Source: a virus (Duplodnaviria > Caudoviricetes). Taken from it: a stretch of 28,683 nucleotides of DNA. Under the pieces are notes generated by a model, which saw nothing but the letters and a program-made list of their open reading frames with translations, was not told where the DNA came from and ran no database searches. A program made the position numbers and the translations under genes. Position 1 is the stretch's first letter, and each line of letters starts with the position of its first letter. Positions 7,112-16,487 of the stretch are shown here, one piece after another. The stretch lies in IMG/VR virus record IMGVR_UViG_3300046028_001155, positions 1 to 28,683 of that record; one strand, 5' to 3'.

Positions 7112-7761
7112 AAATTGTTATCTATACTCATAAAGATAGAATTAGTTATGCATTAAAGCTTCAAGAACAAATAGAAGGATCAATAATACATTTAGATAAT
7201 AAAACAGGTCATTTAAATGCAGTAAAAGATGCATTACGTATAAATTATCAAAAAGGGTGTAATTATATTATCCTGATAGAAGATGATGTTATTTTATGTA
7301 AAAACTTTATAAGTAGTGTCCAAAAAGCTATTAACGCAAATATAAATCGTTGCCCATTGGTTTTCTTTTCTATATCTGATCAATCAAAAAAAGCTTACGA
7401 TCAAGGATATCGTTGGATAAAAATGAAAACAAATGCTTGGGCGCAATGCATTGCTTATCCAGAAGAGATAATAGAAGACTTACTTAAATACCCTGCAATT
7501 AATACAAAATTTTCTGATGTTTGGTTATCAATGTATTGTCTAAATAATAACATTAACATAATGCAACCATTACCAAACTTTGTTCAGCACATGGAATTAA
7601 AATCTTCAATAAACAATCCAACAACTATTGCAGGTAGAAAAAGAACTAGTAAAATTTTTGCTTCCGGTATAAATGAAAATTATCAAGATACTTATAACAA
7701 TCCATTTAAATCAAGTAATAATCGTACTTTAAAGCAATACATAAATGCTTATGGTAGTTAA
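7108..7761 (+). CDS. Putative glycosyltransferase (GT-A fold)
   Basis: IILIEDDVIL acidic motif after a beta strand, SDVWL, and a C-terminal FVQH. Confidence 0.7.
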   Translation: MKIVIYTHKDRISYALKLQEQIEGSIIHLDNKTGHLNAVKDALRINYQKGCNYIILIEDDVILCKNFISSVQKAINANINRCPLVFFSISDQSKKAYDQGYRWIKMKTNAWAQCIAYPEEIIEDLLKYPAINTKFSDVWLSMYCLNNNINIMQPLPNFVQHMELKSSINNPTTIAGRKRTSKIFASGINENYQDTYNNPFKSSNNRTLKQYINAYGS

Positions 7762-8125
7762 GAAATTATTATTAGTAGATATTTTACCTTATAAAAATAA
7801 TGCAGTTAAGGATGGAATATTGTTTACTGATAAAGCTGATTATTATGGAATTTATGAGGATAACATATTAAAAGGTTTTTCTGCTATTAAATATAATGGA
7901 AGTAAAGCACTATTAAAATGCCAGTACGTATTACCTGAGTATAGAAAAAAAGGATTATTAATGGTAATGTTAAAAGATAATTTAGAAATATTAAAACGAT
8001 CTGGGATTAAAATTGCGGAAGCCAATTGTACTAAAATGTCCGTTAATGTACACCTAAAAGTAGGAGCAAAAGTAGTAAAGGTATTTAAAAATGGCATAAC
8101 ACAAATTCGATATGAAAATTTATAA
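7745..8125 (+). CDS. GNAT-family acetyltransferase
   Basis: YVLPEYRKKGL acetyl-CoA-binding motif A. Confidence 0.85.
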   Translation: MLMVVKKLLLVDILPYKNNAVKDGILFTDKADYYGIYEDNILKGFSAIKYNGSKALLKCQYVLPEYRKKGLLMVMLKDNLEILKRSGIKIAEANCTKMSVNVHLKVGAKVVKVFKNGITQIRYENL

Positions 8126-9311
8126 AAAGATTAATGTTTACGATGCTGCATTAGATCGGTTACGATATATCTTTGATGAATTTGAAAATGTGGTGGTTGG
8201 ATATTCAGGTGGTAAAGATAGTACTGTAACATTAAACTTAGCAATGATTGTTGCTAAAGAAAAAAATAGGCTACCATTAAGCGTAATATTTATTGACCAA
8301 GAAGCAGAATGGCAAGGCACTATTGATGTAGTTAAAAAAGTAATGTATGATCCTAATGTAAAACCATACTGGTTTCAGATGCCAATAGTAATTACTAATA
8401 ACGCATCAAGCTATGAAAGGTATTCATATTGTTGGAACGAAGATGAAAAAGAAAAATGGATTCATCCTAAAGATGATATTTCAATAAAGGAAAACACATA
8501 CGGAACTGAAAGGTTTCATGAATTATTTGAGGCTATTTTTAAAAAAGAGTTTAATACCCAGAAGAGTTGTTACCTCGCAGGAGTGCGAACAGAAGAAGCA
8601 CCAAAAAGATTTATTGCACTTACAGAAGCATTAACCTATAAACATATTACATACGGCAAGATTTTAAATAAAAGCAGAGAACACTACACATTATATCCAA
8701 TATACGATTGGAGTTATACCGATGTCTGGAAAGCTATCCATGATAATAAATGGGATTACAATAAAGTTTACGATGAGTATTACAGGAATGGAGTTACATT
8801 AAACAATATGCGAATATCTAATGTGCATCATGAAACTGCTATTCAGTCTTTAATGCTTATTCAGGAAATAGAGCCTAAAACATGGGAACGAGTAGCGGCA
8901 CGTATTAATGGAGCAAATACTATAAAACACCTTAAAAGTAAATCATTTCAATGTCCTAAAGATTTGCCATCAATGTTTTTATCATGGGAAGAATACGCAA
9001 TTCATTTAGCTAATAATATTATTCAAGAGCAAAAGTATAAAGATTTATTATTAGAAAAAATAAACAAAAACAAGGAAATATATTCTGGGCGTTTAATAAT
9101 TGATGATTTTTATAAAACAATAATTAAAACAATTTTATCTTCCGATTGGGATTTTACAAAATTTCAAAACTGGCTATTAAGCGGTGATGTAGATACATAT
9201 AGAAGATTTTATAAGAAAACAAATTATCTTAGAAATATGTTAAAATCAACAAAATTTTTAGAAACGCATGAAAAAGAAGAATTACTTAAATACTTTAAAA
9301 CAAACAAATGA
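8112..9311 (+). CDS. ibrA: PAPS-reductase-fold PP-loop protein (IbrA/YbdN, DUF3440 type)
   Basis: NVYDAA..R..IF.EF, SGGKDS PP-loop, FIDQEAE, GVRTEEA..R, YPIYDW...DVW, MRIS. Confidence 0.88.
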   Translation: MKIYKKINVYDAALDRLRYIFDEFENVVVGYSGGKDSTVTLNLAMIVAKEKNRLPLSVIFIDQEAEWQGTIDVVKKVMYDPNVKPYWFQMPIVITNNASSYERYSYCWNEDEKEKWIHPKDDISIKENTYGTERFHELFEAIFKKEFNTQKSCYLAGVRTEEAPKRFIALTEALTYKHITYGKILNKSREHYTLYPIYDWSYTDVWKAIHDNKWDYNKVYDEYYRNGVTLNNMRISNVHHETAIQSLMLIQEIEPKTWERVAARINGANTIKHLKSKSFQCPKDLPSMFLSWEEYAIHLANNIIQEQKYKDLLLEKINKNKEIYSGRLIIDDFYKTIIKTILSSDWDFTKFQNWLLSGDVDTYRRFYKKTNYLRNMLKSTKFLETHEKEELLKYFKTNK

Positions 9312-9964
9312 GTAAACTAAATGCATTTATTAAGCAAGAATTTGAAGAGTCTTTAGATAAACAGAAATTTATTAATGATATTCGTGAGTTTATTCATAGA
9401 GATTTATCATTAATAGGAGCACAACCTATTGATTTTGTTAGATGGGTTCCTATTGAAATGGTAGAGCCAAATGATTATAATCCTAATAGTGTTGCTAAAG
9501 TAGAAATGGGTTTGCTTTACAAATCAATTAAGCATGATGGATATACACAACCAATTGTAACTATCTTTGATGAGCAAATAGGAAAGTATATAATTGTTGA
9601 TGGATTTCACAGGTATTTTACTTGTAAACACAATAAAGATATTTTTGATAGGAATAAAGGATTGCTGCCAATAGTTGTAATAGAAAAAGATATTAACGAA
9701 AGGATGGCTGCAACTATAAGACATAACAGAGCAAGAGGCGAGCACTCAGTATCTGGTATGAGCAATATGGTTTTTCAAATGCTTGAAAATGGGTGGACAG
9801 ATGAAAATATTTGCAATCATCTTGGTATGGAGCCAGAAGAAATACTAAAGCTAAAGCATATAACTGGGTTTAGTAAGCTATTTGAAAATAGTGAGTATAA
9901 ACAAGCTTGGGAATCTAAAAAACAGATGCAATTAAGAAAACAGTTTGAAGAAATTAAAGATTAA
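9308..9964 (+). CDS. ibrB: ParB-like protein (IbrB/YbdM type)
   Basis: NDYNPN.VA..EM.LL..SI..DGYTQPIV, IVDGFHRY, ATIRHNRARG.H. Confidence 0.9.
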   Translation: MSKLNAFIKQEFEESLDKQKFINDIREFIHRDLSLIGAQPIDFVRWVPIEMVEPNDYNPNSVAKVEMGLLYKSIKHDGYTQPIVTIFDEQIGKYIIVDGFHRYFTCKHNKDIFDRNKGLLPIVVIEKDINERMAATIRHNRARGEHSVSGMSNMVFQMLENGWTDENICNHLGMEPEEILKLKHITGFSKLFENSEYKQAWESKKQMQLRKQFEEIKD

Positions 9965-9969
9965 AACAT

Positions 9970-10230
9970 TTGAAAAATCATACTAAATTATATTTAACGT
10001 ACTTTAGCTTTAATCAGGCAGATTTTATACCATGCGAAATTTGCGGAAGTCAGGCAGTAGATATACATCATATTGAATGTAGAGGCATGGGAGGTATTAA
10101 AGAGCCTGATAATATAGATAACCTACAAGCATTATGCAGACAATGCCATATTATGTATGGAGATAAAAAACAATATAAAGAGTTTTTAAAGGATATTCAT
10201 TATGATTACAAATACTCAAGAGTCACTTAA
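9970..10230 (+). CDS. HNH endonuclease
   Basis: CEIC...DIHH...DNLQALCRQCH; adjacent to the terminase genes. Confidence 0.88.
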   Translation: MKNHTKLYLTYFSFNQADFIPCEICGSQAVDIHHIECRGMGGIKEPDNIDNLQALCRQCHIMYGDKKQYKEFLKDIHYDYKYSRVT

Positions 10231-10561
10231 AAGGGGTAAAGATACCCAATTTAAAAAAGGAGTTTCTGGTAACTTAAAAGGCAGAACAAAGATAATACCT
10301 CAATTAGATGTTTTATTAGCAGATGTTCTGGGTGAGGAGAAAGATGGAATAGAGGCCGCAAAAGCTATATTAATGGCATTACGTTCTAAAGCAGTTAAAG
10401 GAGATGTTAGAGCTGCTGAGGTATTATTAGATAGAGCCTATGGTAAATCATCACAGAATTTAACAATGACAGGAGATTTTAACTTTAAAGTACCTGCTCC
10501 AGTAGTTTATAATACCGCACCTCCTCTGGCTCATTCAGAGAATGAAATAGAAGATGTTTAA
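10202..10561 (+). CDS. terS: Terminase small subunit
   Basis: QFKKGVSGN.KGR N-terminal motif and KGDVRAAEVLLDRAYGK; directly upstream of terL. Confidence 0.8.
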   Translation: MITNTQESLKRGKDTQFKKGVSGNLKGRTKIIPQLDVLLADVLGEEKDGIEAAKAILMALRSKAVKGDVRAAEVLLDRAYGKSSQNLTMTGDFNFKVPAPVVYNTAPPLAHSENEIEDV

Positions 10562-11720
10562 ATGTTCGCCTTTATTTTATAATCTATACGAATCCAAAGA
10601 AAAGGTATTAATAAATCAAGGCGGTACTTCATCAAGTAAAACTTATTCTATTATGCAGCTGCTTTTTTATAAAGCAGTTACTGAGCAAAGATTAGTAATA
10701 ACTGTAGTTGGTGAGTCATTGCCTAACCTTAGAAAAGGCGCTTACCGGGATGCAGTAAATATTTTTGCTGATAATAAATACCTACAATCTCAATTAAAAG
10801 CTTGGAATAAAAGTGAAAGAGTTGTCTATTTTACTAATGGGTCTTTAATTGAGTTTACATCATTTGAAAATGAGCAATCAGCTAAAAATGGTAAGCGTGA
10901 CTATCTTTTCTTAAATGAGGCTAATGGTATAAGCTACCAGATTTACTGGCAGTTAGCAATCAGGACTAAGAATCAGATATACATTGACTACAACCCGACT
11001 AATGAGTTTTGGGCGCATACTAAGCTAATCGGTCAGCCAGATACTAAACTAATAATATCAGACCATAGGCATAATCCATTTTTATCAGAACAAGACCATC
11101 AAAGAATAGAAGATATAAAAGATTTAGATCTTGAACTTTGGCGAGTCTATGCTAGAGGCATGACCGGAAAGATTGAAGGCGTTATCTTTAGGAACTGGGG
11201 AATATGTGAGGCAATACCAGAGGATGCTGAATTAATTGCTTTTGCAATTGACTTTGGGTTTACAAATGATCCTACAGGAATAATAGAGGTTTACAAGTCT
11301 GAGGGCGAATTATGGGTAAATGAAATGTGTTATGAAACTAGATTAACTAATATGGATATATGCCAAAAGCTAAGAGATTTTGGCGTAACACCTGAACAAG
11401 AAATAATTGCAGATTCAGCAGAGCCTAAATCTATTCAAGAAATATATGCAGAGGGATTTAATATTCATGGAGCAATTAAAGGTCCAGACTCAATTAAACA
11501 AGGCATTGACATACTAAAAAGATATAAAATAAATATTACCGCAAATAGCCATAACTTTAAAAAGGAATTAATTAGTTACATTTGGAAAAAAGATAAAACT
11601 GGCAAGATGTTAAATGATCCTATTGATGCATACAATCATCTAATCGATCCGCTTAGATATGTGGCTCTTAATAAGTTAGCATCTAAAATAAAACAAGAAT
11701 ATACATTTGATTGGAACTAA
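10554..11720 (+). CDS. terL: Terminase large subunit (PBSX/SPP1-like)
   Basis: Walker A QGGTSSSKT, Walker B LFLNEAN, DYNP, nuclease motifs DFGF.NDP, DSAEPKSI and NHLIDPLRY. Confidence 0.95.
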   Translation: MFKCSPLFYNLYESKEKVLINQGGTSSSKTYSIMQLLFYKAVTEQRLVITVVGESLPNLRKGAYRDAVNIFADNKYLQSQLKAWNKSERVVYFTNGSLIEFTSFENEQSAKNGKRDYLFLNEANGISYQIYWQLAIRTKNQIYIDYNPTNEFWAHTKLIGQPDTKLIISDHRHNPFLSEQDHQRIEDIKDLDLELWRVYARGMTGKIEGVIFRNWGICEAIPEDAELIAFAIDFGFTNDPTGIIEVYKSEGELWVNEMCYETRLTNMDICQKLRDFGVTPEQEIIADSAEPKSIQEIYAEGFNIHGAIKGPDSIKQGIDILKRYKINITANSHNFKKELISYIWKKDKTGKMLNDPIDAYNHLIDPLRYVALNKLASKIKQEYTFDWN

Positions 11721-11721
11721 A

Positions 11722-13164
11722 ATGGGAGTATTTTCTAAAATCTTTAAGGCTGATATAGAAAAGGCAGCTACAAGTCAACTAGAGGCTTTAATGCCGGGAC
11801 TTCAACAACAAATAACTGCTAACCTTTATAACCAGAACGTATTTGGATGGATAGGAAACAACCAAGTGGTTGTAGACTTTGAGGATAAGGTAAAATTTGT
11901 TGAGGAGGGATTTAAGAAAAACGCTGATATATATACTTGTATCGATATTATATCAAAGAAAATAGCTGAGTGCGCTTATGCTTTGTATGAGGTTAAAGAC
12001 GGCGTAACTAAAAAAGATATAAAAATTTTTGAAAATATGTCAATGGCTGAGGGTGCAACAGCTAAAATGAGGACGCTGCAGTTAAAAGAGCAAATGTTTA
12101 ATCAGCTTGAAAGCAATCCAATTCTTGACTTATTAGCAAAACCTAATCCTCAACAAACTTATGAAGAGTGGATGACTGATTTAGCAGGGTTTTTCTTGTG
12201 TACAGGCGATGGATATATCTTTGGTAATGGCAAGGATCCTGTAATGACCGAGAAACAAATCTGGTCACAACTCTACTCTTTACCTAGTCAGTTTATAGAG
12301 ATTATCTCAGGCGGAATGTTTGAGCCAATTAAAGGCTATCAGATGCGCTCTGTATATATGACTGAGGTTCCTATTCCTGCTAATCAAGTTGTTCACTTTA
12401 AATCCTTTAATCCTGACTTTACGCTAACAGGTGCGCAATTATACGGACAATCACCTATTAAAGCTATTTACCGGAATGTATTAAAAGAGAATGAGGGCGA
12501 TAACGAATTATTAAAGCAAATACGTAATGGTGGTGCTTATGGTTTTATATCACCAGATGGTGCGAATGCAAGTTTAACTAAAGATCAGATGAATGTTCTA
12601 AAAGAAAAGTTTGTTGAGGCAAAGCGTGGTGAAACTTTAATGGACAGAATATTTCCATCATCTGGTCCGTTAAAATGGACACAAATAGGAATGCCATCAA
12701 CTGATTTGCAGTTAATAGAATCTCTTAACATTGACACCAGAAAGATTTATGCAGCGTTTCACGTTCCTATTCAATTCTCAGGTAGTGAAGCCGCATCAAC
12801 GGATAATAACATGGGTTGGGCATCTAAGCAGTTAATCTATAATGCAACCGCTCCATTATCTCGCAAGATTAGGGATGCTATAAATAAGTTTGTTTGTGAG
12901 CCATACGCTAAGGCATACGGGAAGAAATACTACTTTGATTTTGACTTTAGTTCTTATCCTGAGATGCAGGAAGATATGGCAAAGCTTACTAATTGGCTAA
13001 ATCAGTCTTATTGGATTACTCCAGATGAAAAGCGTATTGCTCAGGGTTATGATAAGATAAGCAGTCCAGAGATGGAAAAAATATACGTACCTGCTAACTT
13101 AGTGCCTATTGAGGAATTATCTTTAGATCAGGCATATAACAATGCAACCATAAATGGCAAGTAG
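11722..13164 (+). CDS. Portal protein (HK97-like)
   Basis: LL.KPNP.Q, V.HFK..NP, YGQSP, ITPDE.R motifs; ATG11722 preferred over TTG11707. Confidence 0.92.
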   Translation: MGVFSKIFKADIEKAATSQLEALMPGLQQQITANLYNQNVFGWIGNNQVVVDFEDKVKFVEEGFKKNADIYTCIDIISKKIAECAYALYEVKDGVTKKDIKIFENMSMAEGATAKMRTLQLKEQMFNQLESNPILDLLAKPNPQQTYEEWMTDLAGFFLCTGDGYIFGNGKDPVMTEKQIWSQLYSLPSQFIEIISGGMFEPIKGYQMRSVYMTEVPIPANQVVHFKSFNPDFTLTGAQLYGQSPIKAIYRNVLKENEGDNELLKQIRNGGAYGFISPDGANASLTKDQMNVLKEKFVEAKRGETLMDRIFPSSGPLKWTQIGMPSTDLQLIESLNIDTRKIYAAFHVPIQFSGSEAASTDNNMGWASKQLIYNATAPLSRKIRDAINKFVCEPYAKAYGKKYYFDFDFSSYPEMQEDMAKLTNWLNQSYWITPDEKRIAQGYDKISSPEMEKIYVPANLVPIEELSLDQAYNNATINGK

Positions 13165-14284
13165 TGTTAAATACCATAAAACCTATTTAAAGCTACATAA
13201 AGAATATGAGGCTTATGCTTACCCTATTATAAAAAAAGCTTTAGATGAGCAGACAGGTGTAGTGGCTGATTTTGTAAATGAGGATACGTTTGATAATATT
13301 GAACTATACATTCAGTTTCTAGTACAACAAAAACCTTTGTATAACGGATTAGAACAGATCTACACAAAGGTTGGCGTTTCCGCTGCGACATTTTCCTATA
13401 ACTGGATACGTAACTCAGTACCTAAAAACAAAAAGGATTTTATTATAGATTTCTTTAATGCAGTTTGGTATGAAGAAATGGTTAATTATTTTAGACTTAT
13501 TGGAGGTACTAAGGTTACCGGAATTGATGAAACAACAAAAGATAAAGTTAAAACTGTATTAGCTAATATTTTAGGACAAAATTTGTCCAGAAGAGATCAA
13601 GCTAAACTATTTCAAAAGACATTAAATGATCCTGCATTTAATAGGGCAAGGTCTTTAGTAATAGCTAGAACAGAATCAACAACGGCTGCAAATCACGGAA
13701 TAAATGAGGGTGCTAGAAGTTCTGATTATGAGGTTGTAAAGTTCTGGATTAATACAAAGGATAAGCGCACAAGAGATTCGCATTTGGCAATGAAACAAAA
13801 GCGCATAGGATTAAATCAACCTTTTATAGTTGGTGGAACTCCAATGATGTATCCCGGTGCAGTTGGCGCACCTGCTGCTGAGGTTGTAAATTGCCGTTGC
13901 GTAATGGCTACCGAAGCATTAAAGGATGACGATGGTTTACCGATACTAAAACCAAGAACGCCTGACTATTTAAGAAAAGCTAAAACATATACAGATTATC
14001 CAGAGGCAGCGGTAAACAATGCTAAACGTGCATTAAAATGGGCGGAAGAAAACGGTTGGGGCGAATGCGGTACGCCAGTTGGCAAAGCAAGAGCTAGACA
14101 GTTAGCAAACAGAGAACCTTTGTCAAGAGATACGATTGCTAGAATGGCATCGTTTAAAAGGCATCAGCAACATGCCGATGTCCCTTATACAGAGGGTTGC
14201 GGTGGGTTAATGTGGGATGCGTGGGGCGGAACGGCAGGAGTTGAATGGGCAATAAGAAAATTAAAAGAAATAGATAACGATTAG
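13154..14284 (+). CDS. MuF/SPP1 gp7-like head morphogenesis protein with an extra C-terminal domain
   Basis: IARTE, K.W...D.RTR.SH and NCRC motifs, followed by about 100 additional residues. Confidence 0.88.
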   Translation: MASSVKYHKTYLKLHKEYEAYAYPIIKKALDEQTGVVADFVNEDTFDNIELYIQFLVQQKPLYNGLEQIYTKVGVSAATFSYNWIRNSVPKNKKDFIIDFFNAVWYEEMVNYFRLIGGTKVTGIDETTKDKVKTVLANILGQNLSRRDQAKLFQKTLNDPAFNRARSLVIARTESTTAANHGINEGARSSDYEVVKFWINTKDKRTRDSHLAMKQKRIGLNQPFIVGGTPMMYPGAVGAPAAEVVNCRCVMATEALKDDDGLPILKPRTPDYLRKAKTYTDYPEAAVNNAKRALKWAEENGWGECGTPVGKARARQLANREPLSRDTIARMASFKRHQQHADVPYTEGCGGLMWDAWGGTAGVEWAIRKLKEIDND

Positions 14285-14309
14285 TATATTTACATAAAAT
14301 TTTTTAATC

Positions 14310-15017
14310 ATGAAAGGATTATTGGAATATAAGAACTTTAAAGCCGAGATTAAGGACATTGATATGCAAAGGATGACTGTAACAGGTTACTTTGCTAGTT
14401 TTGGCAATGTGGATTATGATGAGGAAATTATTATGCCCGGAGCGGCGAATAAAACAATTGCAGAACGTGGTCCTATGGGATCTAATGAGATATTCTTTTT
14501 AAATCAGCATAACTGGTCACAACCTCACGGGAAACCGATGGTATTAGAGGCTCAGGATAAAGGTATATACTTTGAGAGTTCTATTGCACCTACAAGCTAC
14601 GGAAAGGATGCGATGGTATTATATGCTGAGGGTATTGTTGTTCAGCACTCTATTGGCTTTTCAACCATTAAGGCAGACTATGACCAAAAGACAGGCATTA
14701 GAACAATTAAAGAGATAAAGTTATACGAAGGATCAAACGTAACTCTAGGCGCTAATCCAGAGACTCCATTCACAGGCTTTAAGTCTTTGACAATGGCTGA
14801 GATAAATGATCAGATAGGTAAAATGATTAAGCTGCTGAAAGATGGTAGCTTAACAGATGAAGGTTTTGGTAGATTGGAAATAGCATTAAAGCAATTTCAA
14901 TTAGAGGCTTTCAATTTAGGTAAAAATTCACTATTAGATACAGAGCCGACATTAGTCACTCCAGTAAAAGATGAGCCGAATATATTAACAAGTTTAATTA
15001 ACGTTTTACAAAACTAA
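14310..15017 (+). CDS. HK97-type prohead protease
   Basis: GYFASFGNVD, LNQH, HSIGF, LYEGSNVT.GAN. Confidence 0.92.
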   Translation: MKGLLEYKNFKAEIKDIDMQRMTVTGYFASFGNVDYDEEIIMPGAANKTIAERGPMGSNEIFFLNQHNWSQPHGKPMVLEAQDKGIYFESSIAPTSYGKDAMVLYAEGIVVQHSIGFSTIKADYDQKTGIRTIKEIKLYEGSNVTLGANPETPFTGFKSLTMAEINDQIGKMIKLLKDGSLTDEGFGRLEIALKQFQLEAFNLGKNSLLDTEPTLVTPVKDEPNILTSLINVLQN

Positions 15018-15020
15018 AAA

Positions 15021-16223
15021 ATGGACAATTTAGAATTAAAGGCTCAGGAGTTGCTAGATGCAAACAAAGCTAAAACACTAGATGAGGCAAAGACCATCAT
15101 CGCAAACGCAATCAGCGAAGCTACTAAAGCAGTTGATGCAAAATTAGAAGATGCAGTAAAATCTGCAAATGTTCGTATTGACGAAATGGACAAAGCATTG
15201 CTTGAAGCCAAATCAGAAAACAACAGAATCAAAATGGATGCACAAAGCAAAGAGCCAGTATCTTTCAATAAGGCATTTGCTACTGCTATGGATGAGAACT
15301 CTGATAATTTGGAGAAATTTAAGAGAAAAGAAATCAAGCAATTTGCAATGGAGTTGAAAACTGTTGGTGATATGTCATTGGCTAACATCACTGATCTTGC
15401 AGCTGCAAACGTTCAGATGCTACCGGGAATCATTCCTGCAGCACCTAGAAAATTGCACATCCGTTCATTGCTTCCAACTGGAGTTATGACTACATCTGCA
15501 ATTCACTACTTACAGGAAACAGGTTCTGAAGGATCAGTTGCAGCATGGGCAGATAATTCAGGTACAAAATCTCAAATTGATTACGATTTAACTGAAGAGG
15601 TTGCACCATCTGAGTTTATTGCAGGTTACTTGCGTATTACTCGTAAGGCGCTAGATGATATTTCTGCAATGCGTTCTTATCTTCAAAGCCGTTTACTAGA
15701 GCAGTATCTTGACGCTGAGGATAATCAACTATTGAACGGATCTGGTGTTTCGCCAAATCTAGGTGGTTTGATTACCAATGCTGAGGCTTACTCAGGATTC
15801 CGTACCATTCAGGTTGAGAAGTTGCTAGATTCAGTTGCACAAATTGAAAGCAATAACCACTCTGCAAATGGTATCTTATTAAGTCCAGAGCAATTCTATG
15901 CTTTAATGCTTACTAGAAGCACTACAAATGAGTACACGCTTCCGGGTGGAGTTGCAGTTGATCTTGTAAATGGTCAAATGTTTATCTCTGGAGTTCCAAT
16001 CTTCAAGTCTACTGCAATGAGCGATTCTAAGTATTTAGTTGGTGACTGGTCAAAAGGTGCGCAACTATTTGTACGTGAGAATCCGATTGTTCGTTTCTTT
16101 GAAGAAGATGGTACAAACGTTCGTGAAAACAAGATTACAGTTCGTGTGGAAGGTCGTGTTGCTCTACCTATTTACTACACAGATGCATTTGTGACTGGTT
16201 CACTTAATGCTAATCCAAGCTAG
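15021..16223 (+). CDS. Major capsid protein, HK97 fold with N-terminal delta domain
   Basis: Coiled-coil N-terminus, ED.QLLNGSG...GL, GVP, GDW, NKITVRVEGR; follows the protease. Confidence 0.95.
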   Translation: MDNLELKAQELLDANKAKTLDEAKTIIANAISEATKAVDAKLEDAVKSANVRIDEMDKALLEAKSENNRIKMDAQSKEPVSFNKAFATAMDENSDNLEKFKRKEIKQFAMELKTVGDMSLANITDLAAANVQMLPGIIPAAPRKLHIRSLLPTGVMTTSAIHYLQETGSEGSVAAWADNSGTKSQIDYDLTEEVAPSEFIAGYLRITRKALDDISAMRSYLQSRLLEQYLDAEDNQLLNGSGVSPNLGGLITNAEAYSGFRTIQVEKLLDSVAQIESNNHSANGILLSPEQFYALMLTRSTTNEYTLPGGVAVDLVNGQMFISGVPIFKSTAMSDSKYLVGDWSKGAQLFVRENPIVRFFEEDGTNVRENKITVRVEGRVALPIYYTDAFVTGSLNANPS

Positions 16224-16241
16224 TTTTTTTGGTTTAATGGG

Positions 16242-16274
16242 AAAAGCCTGTCATTAATTTGGCAGGTTTTTTTT
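16242..16274 (+). terminator. Intrinsic terminator after the capsid gene
   Basis: AAAAGCCTGTCA-TTAATT-TGGCAGGTTTT stem followed by a T run. Confidence 0.85.
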
Positions 16275-16298
16275 ATTTCATTATGTTATATAAATAAT

Positions 16299-16306
16299 TA
16301 ACTTTG
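16299..16306 (+). promoter_or_regulatory. -7 promoter box TAACTTTG for the glycosyltransferase cluster
   Basis: Exact TAnnTTTG just after the terminator, 4 nt before ATG16311. Confidence 0.6.
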
Positions 16307-16310
16307 CTTT

Positions 16311-16487
16311 ATGTTCAAAGCCAATTTTATAGGTCAAGCAGGATTATACAAGAATCAGGAGTATGTTATCTGTATTGGCGTTATAAATGGTTGGATTCAT
16401 GTCCGCAGGAAATGCGGAGCAGGTCGAATGAATTACCCATCAATATTAGACTTCCTAAGAGATTGGGATAATATCCGTAAAGTATGA
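16311..16487 (+). CDS. Small hypothetical protein (58 aa), absent from the ORF track
   Basis: MFKANFIGQAGLYKNQEYVICIGVINGWIHVRRKCGAGRMNYPSILDFLRDWDNIRKV*; ATGA overlap with the next gene. Confidence 0.7.
   Translation: MFKANFIGQAGLYKNQEYVICIGVINGWIHVRRKCGAGRMNYPSILDFLRDWDNIRKV

Noticed and set aside
8112-9964. Calling the cassette a canonical Dnd/Ssp phosphorothioation system
   Set aside because: No cysteine desulfurase, DndD or DndE in the window, and the protein motifs fit the IbrA/DUF3440 type rather than DndC.
15169-15357. Alternative-frame 62-aa ORF inside the capsid gene
   Set aside because: Fully nested, with no motif or initiation signal; likely a by-product of codon bias.
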